A stretch of DNA of 64,000 bases from an uncultured delta proteobacterium. GTDB lineage: Bacteria; Desulfobacterota; Desulfobacteria; Desulfobacterales; JAFDCJ01. A program made the position numbers and the translations under genes. Positions 1 through 11,500 of the stretch are shown here, in pieces. The DNA lies in the NCBI GenBank assembly GCA_963769935.1, contig CAVYNY010000010.1:576001-640000 (forward strand). The letters are read 5' to 3'. The notes beneath the pieces are model-generated. The model saw only the letters and a list, made by a program, of their open reading frames with translations, was not told the DNA's origin and ran no database searches. The first letter of the stretch is position 1. The number at the start of each line of letters is the position of its first letter.

Positions 1-2485
1 ACATTCGCTGCAATTGATCATTGGCCTCCACCCATCCTTTGACCGGCGAGGTGATCGCCATTCCGGTCTGGCTATGCTCAAAATAACTGCGAAACCGGGC
101 CTCTTTTTCCCGCATGCGCTCCCCCATCAGCTTACCTGCGGTAATGTCACGCAGTGATTCGATGGCACCCGCAACTTCACCGGCCGTATTATAAAGCAGG
201 CTGGCGGTCCCGCTGACATACATGCCGTTCTCGCCCAGCGCCGGGTGAAAGGATTCACTGATCAGGATTTCGCCGTCCTTTCTAACCGACAGGTATTTCT
301 TTTCATAGGTTGCATCCCAATCTTTTACCAGGTCGATTAAGACGGGGCGTCTTTCGCCGTAAAACGGCAAAGCATATTCATAATTACCCTTGCCGATCAT
401 ATCCTCGGCGGGGATATTCAGAAGGTTTTCCATGGCCTTGTTCCAGGCGATCACGATGCCGTCGCAATCGATCACCCAGGTGGGGTCCGGTAAAAAATCG
501 ATAATCTGGGCCAGACGCCGCTGGGATTCCTTGGATGCTTTTTCAGTCCGCTGGCGCTCTTTCACTTCCCTGGCCAAAGTCCTGTTCCAGCGAAGAATGA
601 TAAGCAGAATAATTGCCGAGATCCCCACAGCGGCTGCCGCCACCCGGATGACCAAGCCCCAATCCACCTGTTGCTCAAAGCGGACATTGATCCAGCGGTT
701 TTGAATGTCTGTTTTTTCCGAATCCGGGACGGTGCCCAAGCTGATATTCAGGATGTTGACCAGGTCGGGCCAGTCTTTGCGCACCGCAAAGCGAAGATCA
801 TAGGTATCGGGGGTGGTCGTGACAATCTTGAGGTTGCTCAAACCCAATTTCTGCGTGGTATAGGTAATGGAGGCGAGATCGCCCACGAAGGCGTCTATGT
901 GTTTCCTTGACAGGGCTCGCAGCGCATCCTCGATGTTGTCTGCCAGGTAAAACCTGCGGTTCGGATATTTCTCTAGGAGATATTCCTGATTCGCACGATC
1001 TCGGACGAGGCCCACGCGACCGTCCTTAAAATCCTTGACAGTATTGCCGAATGGGACATTGTCCCGGGTGAGAATAACTTTGGGAGAACTCAGGTAGGGA
1101 TTTGTGAACAGAAAAACCTGCGACAGCTCCGGGGTCTTCGCCACACAGGGCAAAACGTCAATTTTTCCTGCTCGGGCAGCGTTCATGACTTGAGTCCGGC
1201 TAAGCCCTTCAACCGGTTGCATGTTTATCTTCAACTGCCGGTTTAAGCGGCGGACATAATCTGCGGCGATTCCCGCAAAGATATGGGCGGCATCGAAATA
1301 TTCAAACGGCGGCCGGTCCGGGTCCACACCGAGGCGGATATTTTTGTGCGCTGCCAGCCATGCCTTTTCGTCCACCGTCAGTTCGATGCTTCTTTGCCGG
1401 GGGGCGAGACGGGCCGCAATTTCATTCAGATCAAACTGGTACAGCTTGAGGGTTGGATTTTGGGCTTTGGAGAATTGACGAAAATCCAGCGATCGCACGG
1501 CCTGGGAGGTAAACGGAGCCAGGCTTTGGGCGTTGGCCCGCGTCAGGGCGACCATGGCCGATCCGAACTGCAGCTGTTCATTGGCGAAATCGACGCCGTT
1601 GAGGTAGTCGAACAACAAGACGACGGCCCAGGCTCCATCCAAAAAGTGTCCTCCCACACTCACCTGCATATGGTCCTGCTGAATGGCTTCGAGGGCGTCT
1701 TTATCCCAATCGACCCCGCCGATGAGGATTTTCCGCTTTAGATGCAGCTCTTGAACAGCCTTCACCACACCCATCGCCATATTGTCGTTGGCGCACCACA
1801 CAATGTTCACATTCGAATGCGAGCTGTAATAATCTTTAAATTGGTCATAGGCGGTTTGGCGGTTCCATTTGCCCGCGACAATTTTGAAGGCATCCAGCCC
1901 CTTTAAGTGTTTCAGATATTGGCTAAGGCCTCTCACCCGGTCGATGGAAGACTCATCTTTGGGATTGCCCTCGATGGCAAGCACATCAAAACGCTCGATG
2001 CCTTTTGATCTGGCCTCATTGATCAGTTGCTGAATGAGAAGGGTCCCGGCCTTGACATCATCCGGCAGCACACTGCTGATCCAGTATTCATATTTGGTGC
2101 GCGGCAGAAGATCCTTTTCCGGCAGTTGGGAATTAATGAGTATGGCGGGCGTTTTATGATCTTCGGCAATCTGCAGGATCCGTTCGCCGGTGTTTTGGTA
2201 CGCCAGAAAAATAATGCCGTCAATTCCTCCCCGGACGGCTTCTCTAACCTGCGCCACCATTTTCTCCGGATCGTCGTCGGCGTTAAAGGCCTGAAGTGTC
2301 ACTCCCAGATCCGCGGCGGCTTCTTTAGTGAAAAAGACGGCTTTCGTCCAGAAAGGATCGTCGCGAGGGTAAAAAATGGCAACCTTGAAGTTTTTGGCGT
2401 ATAGCGGCGGCGGCGCTGCGAGGCCTAAAAGAAGCAAGCATGTAATAAGAATTGAAAAAATGCATGGGGGAGTGAAACGTGCCAT
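1..2485 (-). CDS. Membrane sensor, probably a histidine kinase (3' end outside the window): signal peptide, type I sugar-binding PBP, type II BvgS-like PBP, TM, PAS-PAS
   Basis: Absent from the ORF track because it runs off the edge. Translated by hand from ATG 2485 after AAGAGG: MARFTPPCIFSILITCLLLLGLAAPPPLYAKNFKVAIFYPRDDPFW..., later EKAWLAAHKNIRLGVDPDRPPFEYFD (BvgS-like PBP2), and PAS-like AITSPVKGWVEANDQLQRM at the edge. The kinase core is not visible. Confidence 0.75.
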   Translation of the reverse strand, partial: MARFTPPCIFSILITCLLLLGLAAPPPLYAKNFKVAIFYPRDDPFWTKAVFFTKEAAADLGVTLQAFNADDDPEKMVAQVREAVRGGIDGIIFLAYQNTGERILQIAEDHKTPAILINSQLPEKDLLPRTKYEYWISSVLPDDVKAGTLLIQQLINEARSKGIERFDVLAIEGNPKDESSIDRVRGLSQYLKHLKGLDAFKIVAGKWNRQTAYDQFKDYYSSHSNVNIVWCANDNMAMGVVKAVQELHLKRKILIGGVDWDKDALEAIQQDHMQVSVGGHFLDGAWAVVLLFDYLNGVDFANEQLQFGSAMVALTRANAQSLAPFTSQAVRSLDFRQFSKAQNPTLKLYQFDLNEIAARLAPRQRSIELTVDEKAWLAAHKNIRLGVDPDRPPFEYFDAAHIFAGIAADYVRRLNRQLKINMQPVEGLSRTQVMNAARAGKIDVLPCVAKTPELSQVFLFTNPYLSSPKVILTRDNVPFGNTVKDFKDGRVGLVRDRANQEYLLEKYPNRRFYLADNIEDALRALSRKHIDAFVGDLASITYTTQKLGLSNLKIVTTTPDTYDLRFAVRKDWPDLVNILNISLGTVPDSEKTDIQNRWINVRFEQQVDWGLVIRVAAAAVGISAIILLIILRWNRTLAREVKERQRTEKASKESQRRLAQIIDFLPDPTWVIDCDGIVIAWNKAMENLLNIPAEDMIGKGNYEYALPFYGERRPVLIDLVKDWDATYEKKYLSVRKDGEILISESFHPALGENGMYVSGTASLLYNTAGEVAGAIESLRDITAGKLMGERMREKEARFRSYFEHSQTGMAITSPVKGWVEANDQLQRM

Positions 2486-2923
2486 TGCCGCCTCTTGCTA
2501 AGTGCATGTATTCGTAAATACGCTAACGTATAAGAATAAAGCCGAACTATTGACAAAATACTGTTTTCCTGTGAATACGTTACTGTAATTACGAAATAGA
2601 GTACTACTTCTTTAGGTATAAGGTTTGTCCTCCGGTCCTTGGGCAACTGTTATCAAATGGGATCGGAGGAACCTTTTCGGGGACGCCGCTCGAAGCGGTT
2701 GGTTTAGATTAAACTAAACACGAAACGCCAAAAACCAAATATCAAGCACCAGAAATTCTTGCCAAAAGATTCGTTTTTAACTTTTTACATCGCCATCATT
2801 TTAGCTAATCAATCTGCCCTGACTGCCCTGAAAAATAACGAAAATTCAGACAATGGCTCATTATTTTCATTTGGGTAGTCTGTCAATTTTATAAAGATCG
2901 ATAGAGCGAAGCGATTCAATAAT

Positions 2924-2960
2924 TTTAGGCACTTTAGGCACTTTAGATCATTTTAGGCAC
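2924..2960. repeat. Degenerate 9-bp tandem repeat (TTTAGGCAC)x4
   Basis: tttaggcac tttaggcac tttagatcat tttaggcac. Confidence 0.8.
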
Positions 2961-3033
2961 TTTTTTACAATACAATATCAGTATGTTATAAAAGCTGCCG
3001 GAAGTTAAAATAAATAGGACACAGCAGAATTGA

Positions 3034-6003
3034 TTATCTTCTCAATTCATCCGCCAATTCCAGGATACCACTCAGGTCAAAATCCTCAGACAGTTGAATT
3101 ATTTTGTCACAAAAAGGTGTGAGACCATTATTTTCAGACTTCAACGTTTTGGCAATCGATGCTATTTGCACCACATCTCCCATTTCAGCCGCCGCTTTGA
3201 TGCGATCGGCCAGGTCTCGAGCTATTTCGGGGGCTATACAGGCCATTTCGGATTCGGTGCACGCGACGGTTTTCTTTTCAGACATGGGAACCAGGGTTTG
3301 AACCGCGTCCAGCGCCTGCCCGAGAGCTTCTTGCAGGTCTGTTAATTTCCGGTTCAATTCTGTATCGGAGGCCGCCTCCCCTGCCCACCCTTTAACGAGT
3401 TTTTCCATTGCCACCGCTGCTGCCTGGAGGTCGACGGCGGCCAGATTTCCGGCCAGCCCCTTCAAGTTGTGAACCAGGCCGTGGGCACGATTAAAATCTT
3501 TGGCCGCCAATGCCTCACGGATGTCAGCGGCGGCGCCGCAGCAGCTGGCGCCGAAATCAAGCAACAGCTTGCGGTAAAGGCGCTTGTTGTCCATCAGACG
3601 CGCCAGACCCGCCGCCAGATCAAAGCCCGGCAAAGATTCAGGCAGTTCATCTTCATCCGTCTTCGCCTGAACAGCCTGCGCTGGTGCATCAGGTACCGGT
3701 GACCCTCCTGAGGCGGGCAAACTTTTTGGGTCGACGATCCGCTCTGCAGCCGGTTTGATCCACTTCTGCAGGGCGGCAAACAGCTGGTCCGGATCAATGG
3801 GTTTGGTCACATGATCGTTCATCCCGGCCGCCAAACTCCTCTCCCGATCGCCGGCCATGGCATGGGCCGTCATCGCGATGATAGGAATGGGATGCTGGAT
3901 GCTGGATACTGGATACTGGATACTGGTTGGCGGCAGTTCAGAGGACTGAGGACCCGTCTTCGTCGGGGTAAGTGAGGGAATACGCCGCGGCGAGCTGAGG
4001 ACCGAGGGTTGGCCCTCGATTTCGGATTTTAAATCAGAATCCTCTCCGACAGTCTTCCTTGTTTTCAATACATCAGTATCCGCGTTAGCGGAGACTGATT
4101 CCCACTTCCGGATCTCCCGTGTGGCTTCAAAACCGTTCATCTCAGGCATCTGTATATCCATGAGCACCACATCGTAGATCCGCTCCTTGACCATCGCCGC
4201 TGCTTCTTTGCCGTTGTTGGCAATGCTCACCACCAATCCTGCGTTCTCCAGAATCTCCTGCGCCACCTGCTGATTGATCGCATTGTCCTCCGCCAGCAGC
4301 ACTTTTGCCCCGCGAATCTTATCAAGCTCCTGCGCCGCATCGGTCCCCGCCCGGGCTTCGCGCTCAAGCTCAGGAACTTCCTTGCCGAAAGCGGCCATGA
4401 TCGCGTCAAAAAGCATGGACTGGCTCACGGGTTTGAGGAGAAAACCATCCAAGCCTATTTTCTCGGATATCCGCATGAGCTCTTCACGGCCATAGGCCGT
4501 CACGATGATAATCTTGGGCTTGCGGGGGATGTCGGAATGCCTGTTGATAATTTCGGAAGCCTCAATGCCATCCATCCCCGGCATTTTCCAGTCCATCACC
4601 ACCAGCTGATACGGCCGGAGCTTCGCTTCCCTCGCCAGTTCTGCGATGCCCTCCTCCGCCGAGGCTGCCACTGAAACCTCAAAACTCATGCTCGCAAGCA
4701 GCGTCTGTAGAATCTCACGGGAGGATGCATTGTCGTCCACGACTAAAACCCGCATCCCCTTCAGATCCAGCGACGGCTCCAGGTATCTCTCCGTCACTCT
4801 CCCCGTTAAACCGAATTTTGCGGTGAATATGAAATTGCTGCTCTTGCCGGGTTCGCTCTCAACCCAGATTTCCCCTTTCATCATGTTCACCAGGTGCTTG
4901 GAGATGGTCAGCCCGAGCCCCGTTCCCCCGAACTTGCGCGTCGTGGACGAATCCGCCTGGGTAAAGGCCTCAAACAGCTTCTGCCTCTGCTCGGGGGTCA
5001 CTCCGATCCCCGTGTCGCGAACGGAAAATCGAAGCATCACCCATTGTTCCTCTTTTTCCACCATTTCGGTGGCAAGCACGATCTCTCCGGCCTCTGTAAA
5101 CTTCACCGCATTGTTGCACAGGTTGGTCAGCACCTGGCCCAGCCGCAATGGATCCCCCACCAGCGCCATGGGCACCTCCGGCGCCGTATCCATCAGGAAC
5201 TCCAGCTTTTTGTCCTGAGCCTTCACACCGGCAATCGTCGCTACGTTATCCAGGACTTCATCCAAGCCGAAATCCACAGACTCCATGTGCAGCTTCCCCG
5301 CTTCAATCTTGGAAAAATCCAAAATGTCGTTGATGATTCCCAGCAGGGAATTGGCGGAACGCTGGATCTTGTTCAAATAATCCTCTTGCTTGGGGGTCAA
5401 GGCCGTCCGAAGCGCCAAATGAGCCATTCCGATCACGGCATTCATGGGGGTCCGGATCTCATGACTCATGTTGGCCAGAAAATCGCTCTTGGCTTTTGTG
5501 GCGGCCTCGGCCGCCTGCTTGGCGAGGTGCAGTTCCTCAGCTCTGGTTTTTAATTCTTCGTTTTTGGCCTTCAGGTCGTTCAAAAGTTCCAGCCTGGAGG
5601 GACGTGCCAGACTTTGTCTTTGCATTTCGACAAACTCATCCGACAGGTGACCGGCGCTATCCGGCAGATAGCTGAATGTCCTGATTCTGACCGTCTTCTG
5701 CTCAGTGCGGTCGATTTCAAATGTGTCAAAAAAAAATTTTAAATTCGGCATTGAGATCAATTGCTCAGGGCACTGAAAGGTCATCCATAGTCCGCTCCGG
5801 CCCTCACGCCGGTCAATGCCGACAGAAATTTTTGTGCCCTTGCCGCCCTTTCTTCCCAAGCCGGTGATTTCAGAAACAATCGTTTCCAGCCGGGTGGCAT
5901 GAATCGGTTCGCAGCCTAAATCTTCGGCCAGCAAGCGAATCTTTTTCCGCGCCGCAACTCTGGTATTTTCGTTCTTTACCGATAAATTACCGAGTTTGAT
6001 CAT
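3034..6003 (-). CDS. Hybrid histidine kinase: degenerate RsbT-like N-terminal domain, HisKA, HATPase, 2x REC, Hpt
   Basis: H-box [15 protein letters not shown]-box GGTGLGL; REC motifs [16 protein letters not shown] and [16 protein letters not shown]; Hpt [10 protein letters not shown]. Confidence 0.93.
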   Translation of the reverse strand: MIKLGNLSVKNENTRVAARKKIRLLAEDLGCEPIHATRLETIVSEITGLGRKGGKGTKISVGIDRREGRSGLWMTFQCPEQLISMPNLKFFFDTFEIDRTEQKTVRIRTFSYLPDSAGHLSDEFVEMQRQSLARPSRLELLNDLKAKNEELKTRAEELHLAKQAAEAATKAKSDFLANMSHEIRTPMNAVIGMAHLALRTALTPKQEDYLNKIQRSANSLLGIINDILDFSKIEAGKLHMESVDFGLDEVLDNVATIAGVKAQDKKLEFLMDTAPEVPMALVGDPLRLGQVLTNLCNNAVKFTEAGEIVLATEMVEKEEQWVMLRFSVRDTGIGVTPEQRQKLFEAFTQADSSTTRKFGGTGLGLTISKHLVNMMKGEIWVESEPGKSSNFIFTAKFGLTGRVTERYLEPSLDLKGMRVLVVDDNASSREILQTLLASMSFEVSVAASAEEGIAELAREAKLRPYQLVVMDWKMPGMDGIEASEIINRHSDIPRKPKIIIVTAYGREELMRISEKIGLDGFLLKPVSQSMLFDAIMAAFGKEVPELEREARAGTDAAQELDKIRGAKVLLAEDNAINQQVAQEILENAGLVVSIANNGKEAAAMVKERIYDVVLMDIQMPEMNGFEATREIRKWESVSANADTDVLKTRKTVGEDSDLKSEIEGQPSVLSSPRRIPSLTPTKTGPQSSELPPTSIQYPVSSIQHPIPIIAMTAHAMAGDRERSLAAGMNDHVTKPIDPDQLFAALQKWIKPAAERIVDPKSLPASGGSPVPDAPAQAVQAKTDEDELPESLPGFDLAAGLARLMDNKRLYRKLLLDFGASCCGAAADIREALAAKDFNRAHGLVHNLKGLAGNLAAVDLQAAAVAMEKLVKGWAGEAASDTELNRKLTDLQEALGQALDAVQTLVPMSEKKTVACTESEMACIAPEIARDLADRIKAAAEMGDVVQIASIAKTLKSENNGLTPFCDKIIQLSEDFDLSGILELADELRR
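3890..3926. repeat. Heptamer tandem repeat (GGAT[G/A]CT)x5 inside the kinase coding sequence
   Basis: ggatgct ggatgct ggatact ggatact ggatact, encoding [12 protein letters not shown]. Confidence 0.85.
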
Positions 6004-6598
6004 GCTTCCTACCTCCCAGATACTTCAGCACAATACAGGATGCGTCATCATTTTCCTTCCAAAATTGCTTGAGCAGCGCGCTGGCGATGGATTCCGCGGT
6101 ACCTTTCAGTATTTCCGGACACTCGGAGAGTTCGAAATGCTCCTTAATGCCGTCTGAATGCATAACGAGAACATCTCCAGCCAATAGTTTCAGGGCTTGC
6201 TTTTTGACGGTGGACATCATGTAGCCGACGATTCCATCTCTGGAAACGAATCGAACGGCCCTCGGACCGAGCACCCTTACCACGATGTTGCCCATACCGA
6301 CGTAAATCAGCTCGCCTGTCGCGGTGTCCAAACGGCAAATGGCCGCCACGGCGCCCCGCGTGCCCTTGAGACACGTATGCAGACCCTGCATAACTTCGAC
6401 CGGCTCTTTGCGGCAATTCTGTTCCAGATACGTTTGGGCTGTAAGCGCAACATCATGCGCTTCGCGCCCGTGGCCCAGCACATCAACCAGTGCCAGAAAA
6501 CACCGGCCGTCAAACTCTTTTATGACCCCCGTGTCGCCGCATTCAGCTTCTCTTCGGGTAAGCGCTCGCTTTACCAGATGGCAGTCCACTCTTGACAT
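5987..6598 (-). CDS. rsbX: RsbX-like SpoIIE/PP2C serine phosphatase
   Basis: True start likely MSRVD at 6598, since the ORF-track extension overlaps rsbT. Motifs ECGD, DVLGHG, HSDGI, DDAS; follows rsbT. Confidence 0.85.
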   Translation of the reverse strand: MSRVDCHLVKRALTRREAECGDTGVIKEFDGRCFLALVDVLGHGREAHDVALTAQTYLEQNCRKEPVEVMQGLHTCLKGTRGAVAAICRLDTATGELIYVGMGNIVVRVLGPRAVRFVSRDGIVGYMMSTVKKQALKLLAGDVLVMHSDGIKEHFELSECPEILKGTAESIASALLKQFWKENDDASCIVLKYLGGRKHDQTR

Positions 6599-7031
6599 AA
6601 TCGCCCCACTTCCGTGTTGAAACAACGGTGCCGCGCCCCGGCTGAGACTCGATCCTGAACTCGTCCATAATCCGTTTAACGCTCGGCAATCCCAGCCCCA
6701 GGCTGCCTTTAGTCGTGCTGAAATTATCCTGCAGCGCCTGTTCGATGTCTCTGATTCCCGGCCCGTCGTCACGGGCAATAATTTCGATGCCCAAGCGGTT
6801 GTTGCGTTGGACAATTCGCAAGGTAAGTTCGCCTTTTTGGGCATAGTTGACGATGTTGGTCGCGAGCTCTGAAGCCGCTGTGGCAATCAAAAACTGATTG
6901 ACTTCATCGAAACCGGCCGCAGCAGCCAGGTGTCTCGCCGCTGTAATCACCTGCTCCTTGTCGTTCTGATCGGACAGCAGGATTCGTCTTTCATTATATT
7001 TCGGCGGGGCGGCCCGTTCATTGTTCACCAT
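6543..7031 (-). CDS. rsbT: RsbT serine/threonine kinase (anti-sigma-like)
   Basis: IATAASELATNIVNYA, DDGPGIRDIEQALQDNFSTTKGSLGLGLPSVKRIMDEF. Confidence 0.92.
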   Translation of the reverse strand: MVNNERAAPPKYNERRILLSDQNDKEQVITAARHLAAAAGFDEVNQFLIATAASELATNIVNYAQKGELTLRIVQRNNRLGIEIIARDDGPGIRDIEQALQDNFSTTKGSLGLGLPSVKRIMDEFRIESQPGRGTVVSTRKWGDYVKSGLPSGKASAYPKRS

Positions 7032-7473
7032 CGCTGTCCCCTTCACCGTTTTCTATTACGATGCTATCCGGGTCCTCAGCGTCCTGAACCCCCTCCTGAA
7101 TCGATAAAACGTTTTGGATCTGCTCGAACCCGTCTTCCATGGTCAGGGCCGCACGGATACCATCGATTTCGACCTCCAGATCGATCAGCGACGATACGAC
7201 GCCGGGCTGCAGGCCGACGAATACGTTCGCCACCCCCAGCAGCGACGTCATCCGCGCGGTGTCGGCCAGGAATTTGAACGCATGCGAATCCAGGGCGCGC
7301 ACCGTACTAAGGTCCAGTATCATCCCCCGTACTTTCGCTGCTTGAATTTTCTGCAAAATGGCCGTTCGAATTTTCATCAGCGTGTCATCGTAAAGCTCAC
7401 CCTGCAAGGTAACCACAAGACAGCCGCGGATGGTGCTCATTGCGGTTTCGCTATCGATCAGCAGGCCTTTCAT
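7018..7473 (-). CDS. rsbS: RsbS STAS-domain stressosome protein
   Basis: Single STAS domain with LDLSTVRALDS (phospho-Ser position) and GLQPGVV. Confidence 0.88.
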   Translation of the reverse strand: MKGLLIDSETAMSTIRGCLVVTLQGELYDDTLMKIRTAILQKIQAAKVRGMILDLSTVRALDSHAFKFLADTARMTSLLGVANVFVGLQPGVVSSLIDLEVEIDGIRAALTMEDGFEQIQNVLSIQEGVQDAEDPDSIVIENGEGDSDGEQ

Positions 7474-7475
7474 TA

Positions 7476-8300
7476 TCAGGATTTCCTCCCCAGGGGCTTG
7501 ATTTCGCGCACCTCAAAATTCATCATCTTGAACGAATCCTCCAAGGCGTCTCTTAAAGTAGAGTTGGTCTTGACCTCACCCATCTCGATTCCCAACTGGA
7601 CGATCGTACTCGCCACAGCCGGCGAAATCCCGGAAATAATACACTGGCAGCCCATCAGCCGCGTGGCCTTGGTGATCTTGATCAGGTGATTGGCCACGGC
7701 GGTGTCGACCGCTGCCACGCCCTGGATGTCAAGGATGATTACCTTGGCCGACGTCTCCTTTATTTTGGTCAGCATGGTGTTGGTCATCTGCTGAGCCCGC
7801 ATGGAGTCGATCACACCCACCACCGGAAGGACCAGCACCCGGTCCCAGAGTTCGATGGTCGGCGTCGATATCTCCCGGATCGTGCGGCTTTGTTCTTCCA
7901 ACCTTTGTTCATCGCGGACCTTCTCGCTGATGTCGAGCATAAATTCCAGACCTCCGATGACATTTCCTTCCGGGTCTTTGAGTGGGACGGCATAGTATTC
8001 AATGTACACGGTTTGATCGCCCATTGGAATCTCATTCCGACCGGACCGAACCTCATAATTCTCTATGGCCTGAAGCATTCGGCAGTCCATGGTCTGGCAA
8101 TGGGCTGAACCAAATAGATCGTAACAGTGCTGTGTTGCGACCTCCTCCCATGACTTGCCGAGGAATTTGCGACCGGCGGCATTCATGTAAATGATTTCCA
8201 AGTCTTTATTCACCGCCATTACCGGGGTAGGAATTTGTTCCAGAATCTGCTCCTGAATTCCAGAATATGCCTGATTTTCTGTTTTGATCTTTTCGTTCAT
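7476..8300 (-). CDS. rsbR: RsbR stressosome protein with N-terminal PAS sensor
   Basis: PAS followed by EISTPTIELWDRVLVLPVVGVIDSMRA..ILDIQGVAAVDTAVA..SGISPAVA (STAS). Confidence 0.9.
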   Translation of the reverse strand: MNEKIKTENQAYSGIQEQILEQIPTPVMAVNKDLEIIYMNAAGRKFLGKSWEEVATQHCYDLFGSAHCQTMDCRMLQAIENYEVRSGRNEIPMGDQTVYIEYYAVPLKDPEGNVIGGLEFMLDISEKVRDEQRLEEQSRTIREISTPTIELWDRVLVLPVVGVIDSMRAQQMTNTMLTKIKETSAKVIILDIQGVAAVDTAVANHLIKITKATRLMGCQCIISGISPAVASTIVQLGIEMGEVKTNSTLRDALEDSFKMMNFEVREIKPLGRKS

Positions 8301-8371
8301 TTTTTTCTCCTTTTTTATAAGGACAATACAGTCTTAACTTTGATTTCGTTGAATATTTTTAATTTTTTTTA

Positions 8372-8450
8372 TCACGAAAATACGAAATATAGAAAGCACG
8401 AAATTTATCTTATCTTTTTCGTGTTTTCGTCCTTTCGTGCTTTCGTGATT
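8372..8450. repeat. Inverted pair of degenerate (CACGAAA)n arrays forming a hairpin
   Basis: cacgaaaatacgaaa..gaaagcacgaaa followed by tttcgtgttttcgtcctttcgtgctttcgtg. Confidence 0.7.
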
Positions 8451-8506
8451 ATTTTTTTGGTTTTCGCGGACCCGGGTTAGGGTTTTAAACCGATATTCAA
8501 CCGAGT

Positions 8507-11500
8507 CTATTGCCCGATGCTGTGGATGTTGCACGGATGGGCTTTATAAGCGCCGAGGTTGACAAAGGGCGCCAACAGTCCGAGCGGGCCGATCACCAGC
8601 GCACTGAGGGCCTTGGCGCCTTTCGATAATAGAGAAAACATATCCGGCCGCACCTTGGGGTCCGTGATCGGGCCGCTGACGCGCAGCTTGGTCCAAAAGT
8701 CCATGAGGCTCGGAAATCTGGGCTCCGGAACGAGCAAAAAATCAACCTGTTCCGTGCCCAGATTGATGTCGCCTTCGCCGGTCAGCACACCCGCCTCGGT
8801 GTCGAACACGAACGCTTGGCTGGCTGCTATTCCGCTGCTGATATCAAATTGAACGACGGCGCACTTGATTTCTCCGCCTTCGTGGTGGCTGCCCCAGAAA
8901 TGAATGACCTTTCTGGTAAGACCCAGCGAAATCAGGTCCAGGTAGTGGGTCAGGTAGCCTTTGCCCATGACGGCCCCCACGCTGCCGTCCAGACCGGCCA
9001 TCAGATCATGCAGGGAGCCGCCCCGGCTATTGACATCGACGGCGATATCGAGGTGGGAACGGACCTGCTGGCTGATCCGCAGTCCCCGCAGAAGTCCGCC
9101 GAGGTCAAAGTCCTGGACGAGGAATTTGGCGGCGACCCGGGCCGGCGATTCGGGATAGAGATGGAAGTTGCCGGAAATTCGGGTCTGCTGGTAAGTCGCC
9201 TGAAGCGTTTCGACGTTGAGATCACCGTTCTCGACGGTGAGCATCAGGCGGCCGAACTCAAAGTTTGCATCGCGGGCGCGGACGTTTTTAGCATTCAGGC
9301 TGATGTCTGCGTCCACTTGCTTGAGAATATTTAAAGGCAGCGGATCATCGCTGAATAATCGGCCTTCCAACCTGCCGGGCTCCCTACCGGGCTCTTTTTC
9401 GTCCTGCCTCAGATTTTTCAGCAGCGCCGTCATATCCAGCAGCGAAGATTCCAGTCTCAATGTGATCTTCGGGCGTTCGCGAAACTCAACTTTTGCCAGG
9501 CCGTTGAAGTCGCTTTTATCGACGACCGCCGTCAAATCGGCCAGGGAAAAAGACCGGGCCGACCCGCTGAGATGTCCGCTGAAATCAAAGGGGCCCAGTT
9601 CGGGGAGGTTGGCGCCGACCAGGGGACCGATCTCGGCCAATTCCTTTCCCCCGGCTTTCAGCCTCAGGTCCATGCCTTCGAGCGCCGGCAGGTCTTTGAT
9701 TGTCCCGGTTGCCTCCAGGCTTAAGCTGCCGCGCCGGGCCTCGCCCCGGACCTCCTGCAGGGACAACGCCCCGGCTGAGCCCGCCAGGCGACCCTGCAGT
9801 GAAAACGCATCGGTCGGGGGCAGCTTCTGTCCGACAATTGTCTCAGCCTGGGCCAAGTCCTTGCCGGCCCCTTTCAGTCGCAGATCCACATGCCGAAAGG
9901 CGCGCAGGTCCCCAATCTTGCCGGTTACCGTCAGGTTCAGGTCGCCGCGTAGGGCCTGGCCCATAATGTCATGCAAGGACAGCGCCCTGCCGGAGCCCGT
10001 CAGACGGCCCTCCAGAACAAATTCATCCGTCGACGGCAGCTTCTGTGCTATGATCGACTCCGCCTGTGCCAGGTCTTTACCCGTACCCCTCAGCCACAAA
10101 TCCACGTAGCGGAAGGCCGGCAGGTCCTCGATCGCACCCTCGACCGTCAGGTTCAGGCTGCCGCGCCGGGCCCGGCCCCGGATATCATGCAGGGCCAGCG
10201 CTCTGCCGGAGCCCGTCAGGCGACCCGCCAATTCAAATTCATCGGTCGAAAGCAGCTTCTGCCCGATGATCGACTCCGCCTGTGCCAAGTCATGGCCCGT
10301 GCCCTTAAGCCGCAGATCCACTTGCCGAAAGGCAGCCAGGTCCCCAATAGCACCTTCGGCCGTCAGGTTCAGGCTGCCGCGATGGGCCCGGCCCTGAAAA
10401 TTCTGCAGGGACAGGGCTTTGGCTGAGCCAGTCAGACGACCCTGCAGGGCAAACTCATCGGTCGGCGGCAGCTTTTGACCGACAATCTCTCCCACCTGCG
10501 CCAAGTCCTTGCCCGTACCCTTGAGCTGCAGGTCCACGCCCTGGAAAACAAGCAGGTCCCCGATTGCACCCTCGGCCGCCAGGTTCAGGCTGCTGCGCCG
10601 GGCCTGTCCCCGAACGTCCTGCAGGGACAAGGCCTTGGCCGAACCCGTCAGACGGCCCTCCAGGGAAAACTCATCGGTCGGCGGCAGCTTCTGACCGACC
10701 ATCGCTCCCACCTGCGCCAGGTCCTTGCCCGAACCCTTTAGCTGCAGGTCCATGTCCTGCAGCGCCATCAGATTGCCGACTCGACCGCTGACGGCCAACG
10801 CAGCCTCGCCGGCCGACACAGTGCCGCTGATGTTTTCCAGCATAGGAAACCGGCCGGAACCTGCCAAATGTCCGCTGAGATCGAAAGCGTCCGTCTGCGG
10901 CAGCTCTGCACCGATACCACGCCCTAACTCCTGGAGGCTCTTCCCAGCGACGCGAAACTTCAGATCAAGCCCTTGCAAAGCGCGGACCTCACCGATCGAT
11001 CCGGCGAGGTTGACGGTTGCGCTCAAAAACCGTCCTGCCAGCTCAAGCGGAAACTGTTCGCCTGATACGATCCGCTGCAGCCGGCCGATCCGGCCGGAAA
11101 GCGCAACGGGCTGCCCGTTGTAGTCGGCCTGGAGCTTGAGCGCCAGAAAATCAGGATCTGCCCGCCGGGCTATTTCAAGGCCGGCCAGATTGAACCGGGT
11201 CGTATGGGCCGCTTTCTCATCGCGATAGGTGAGCTTAAGGTTTTCGACCCGGATATCCTCCACCGCGATATGCAGGCGGGTGGGCGGGCCGGATGGCGAT
11301 GCAGAGCCGGCAGAGGCTGTAAATTGCCAGTTGCGTTGCCCGGCTGCATTCATCACCAGGACCACATCGACGCCGGATAGCGTAAGATACTTCAACTCGA
11401 CATCACCGAACAACAGCGGCAGGAGCCGGACCTTGGCCTCTATTCGCCGGGCGGTTATCATCTGCGGGTCGGAAGCCCAGGGGGCGTTGGCCAAAGCCAC

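Noticed and set aside
5987..6886. 299-aa N-terminally extended phosphatase
   Set aside because: The first 96 aa are an alternative frame of rsbT; the plausible start is 6598.
9530..10945. Regularly spaced repeats as a possible CRISPR array
   Set aside because: They are contiguous in-frame coding repeats with no unique spacers, and no cas genes are present.
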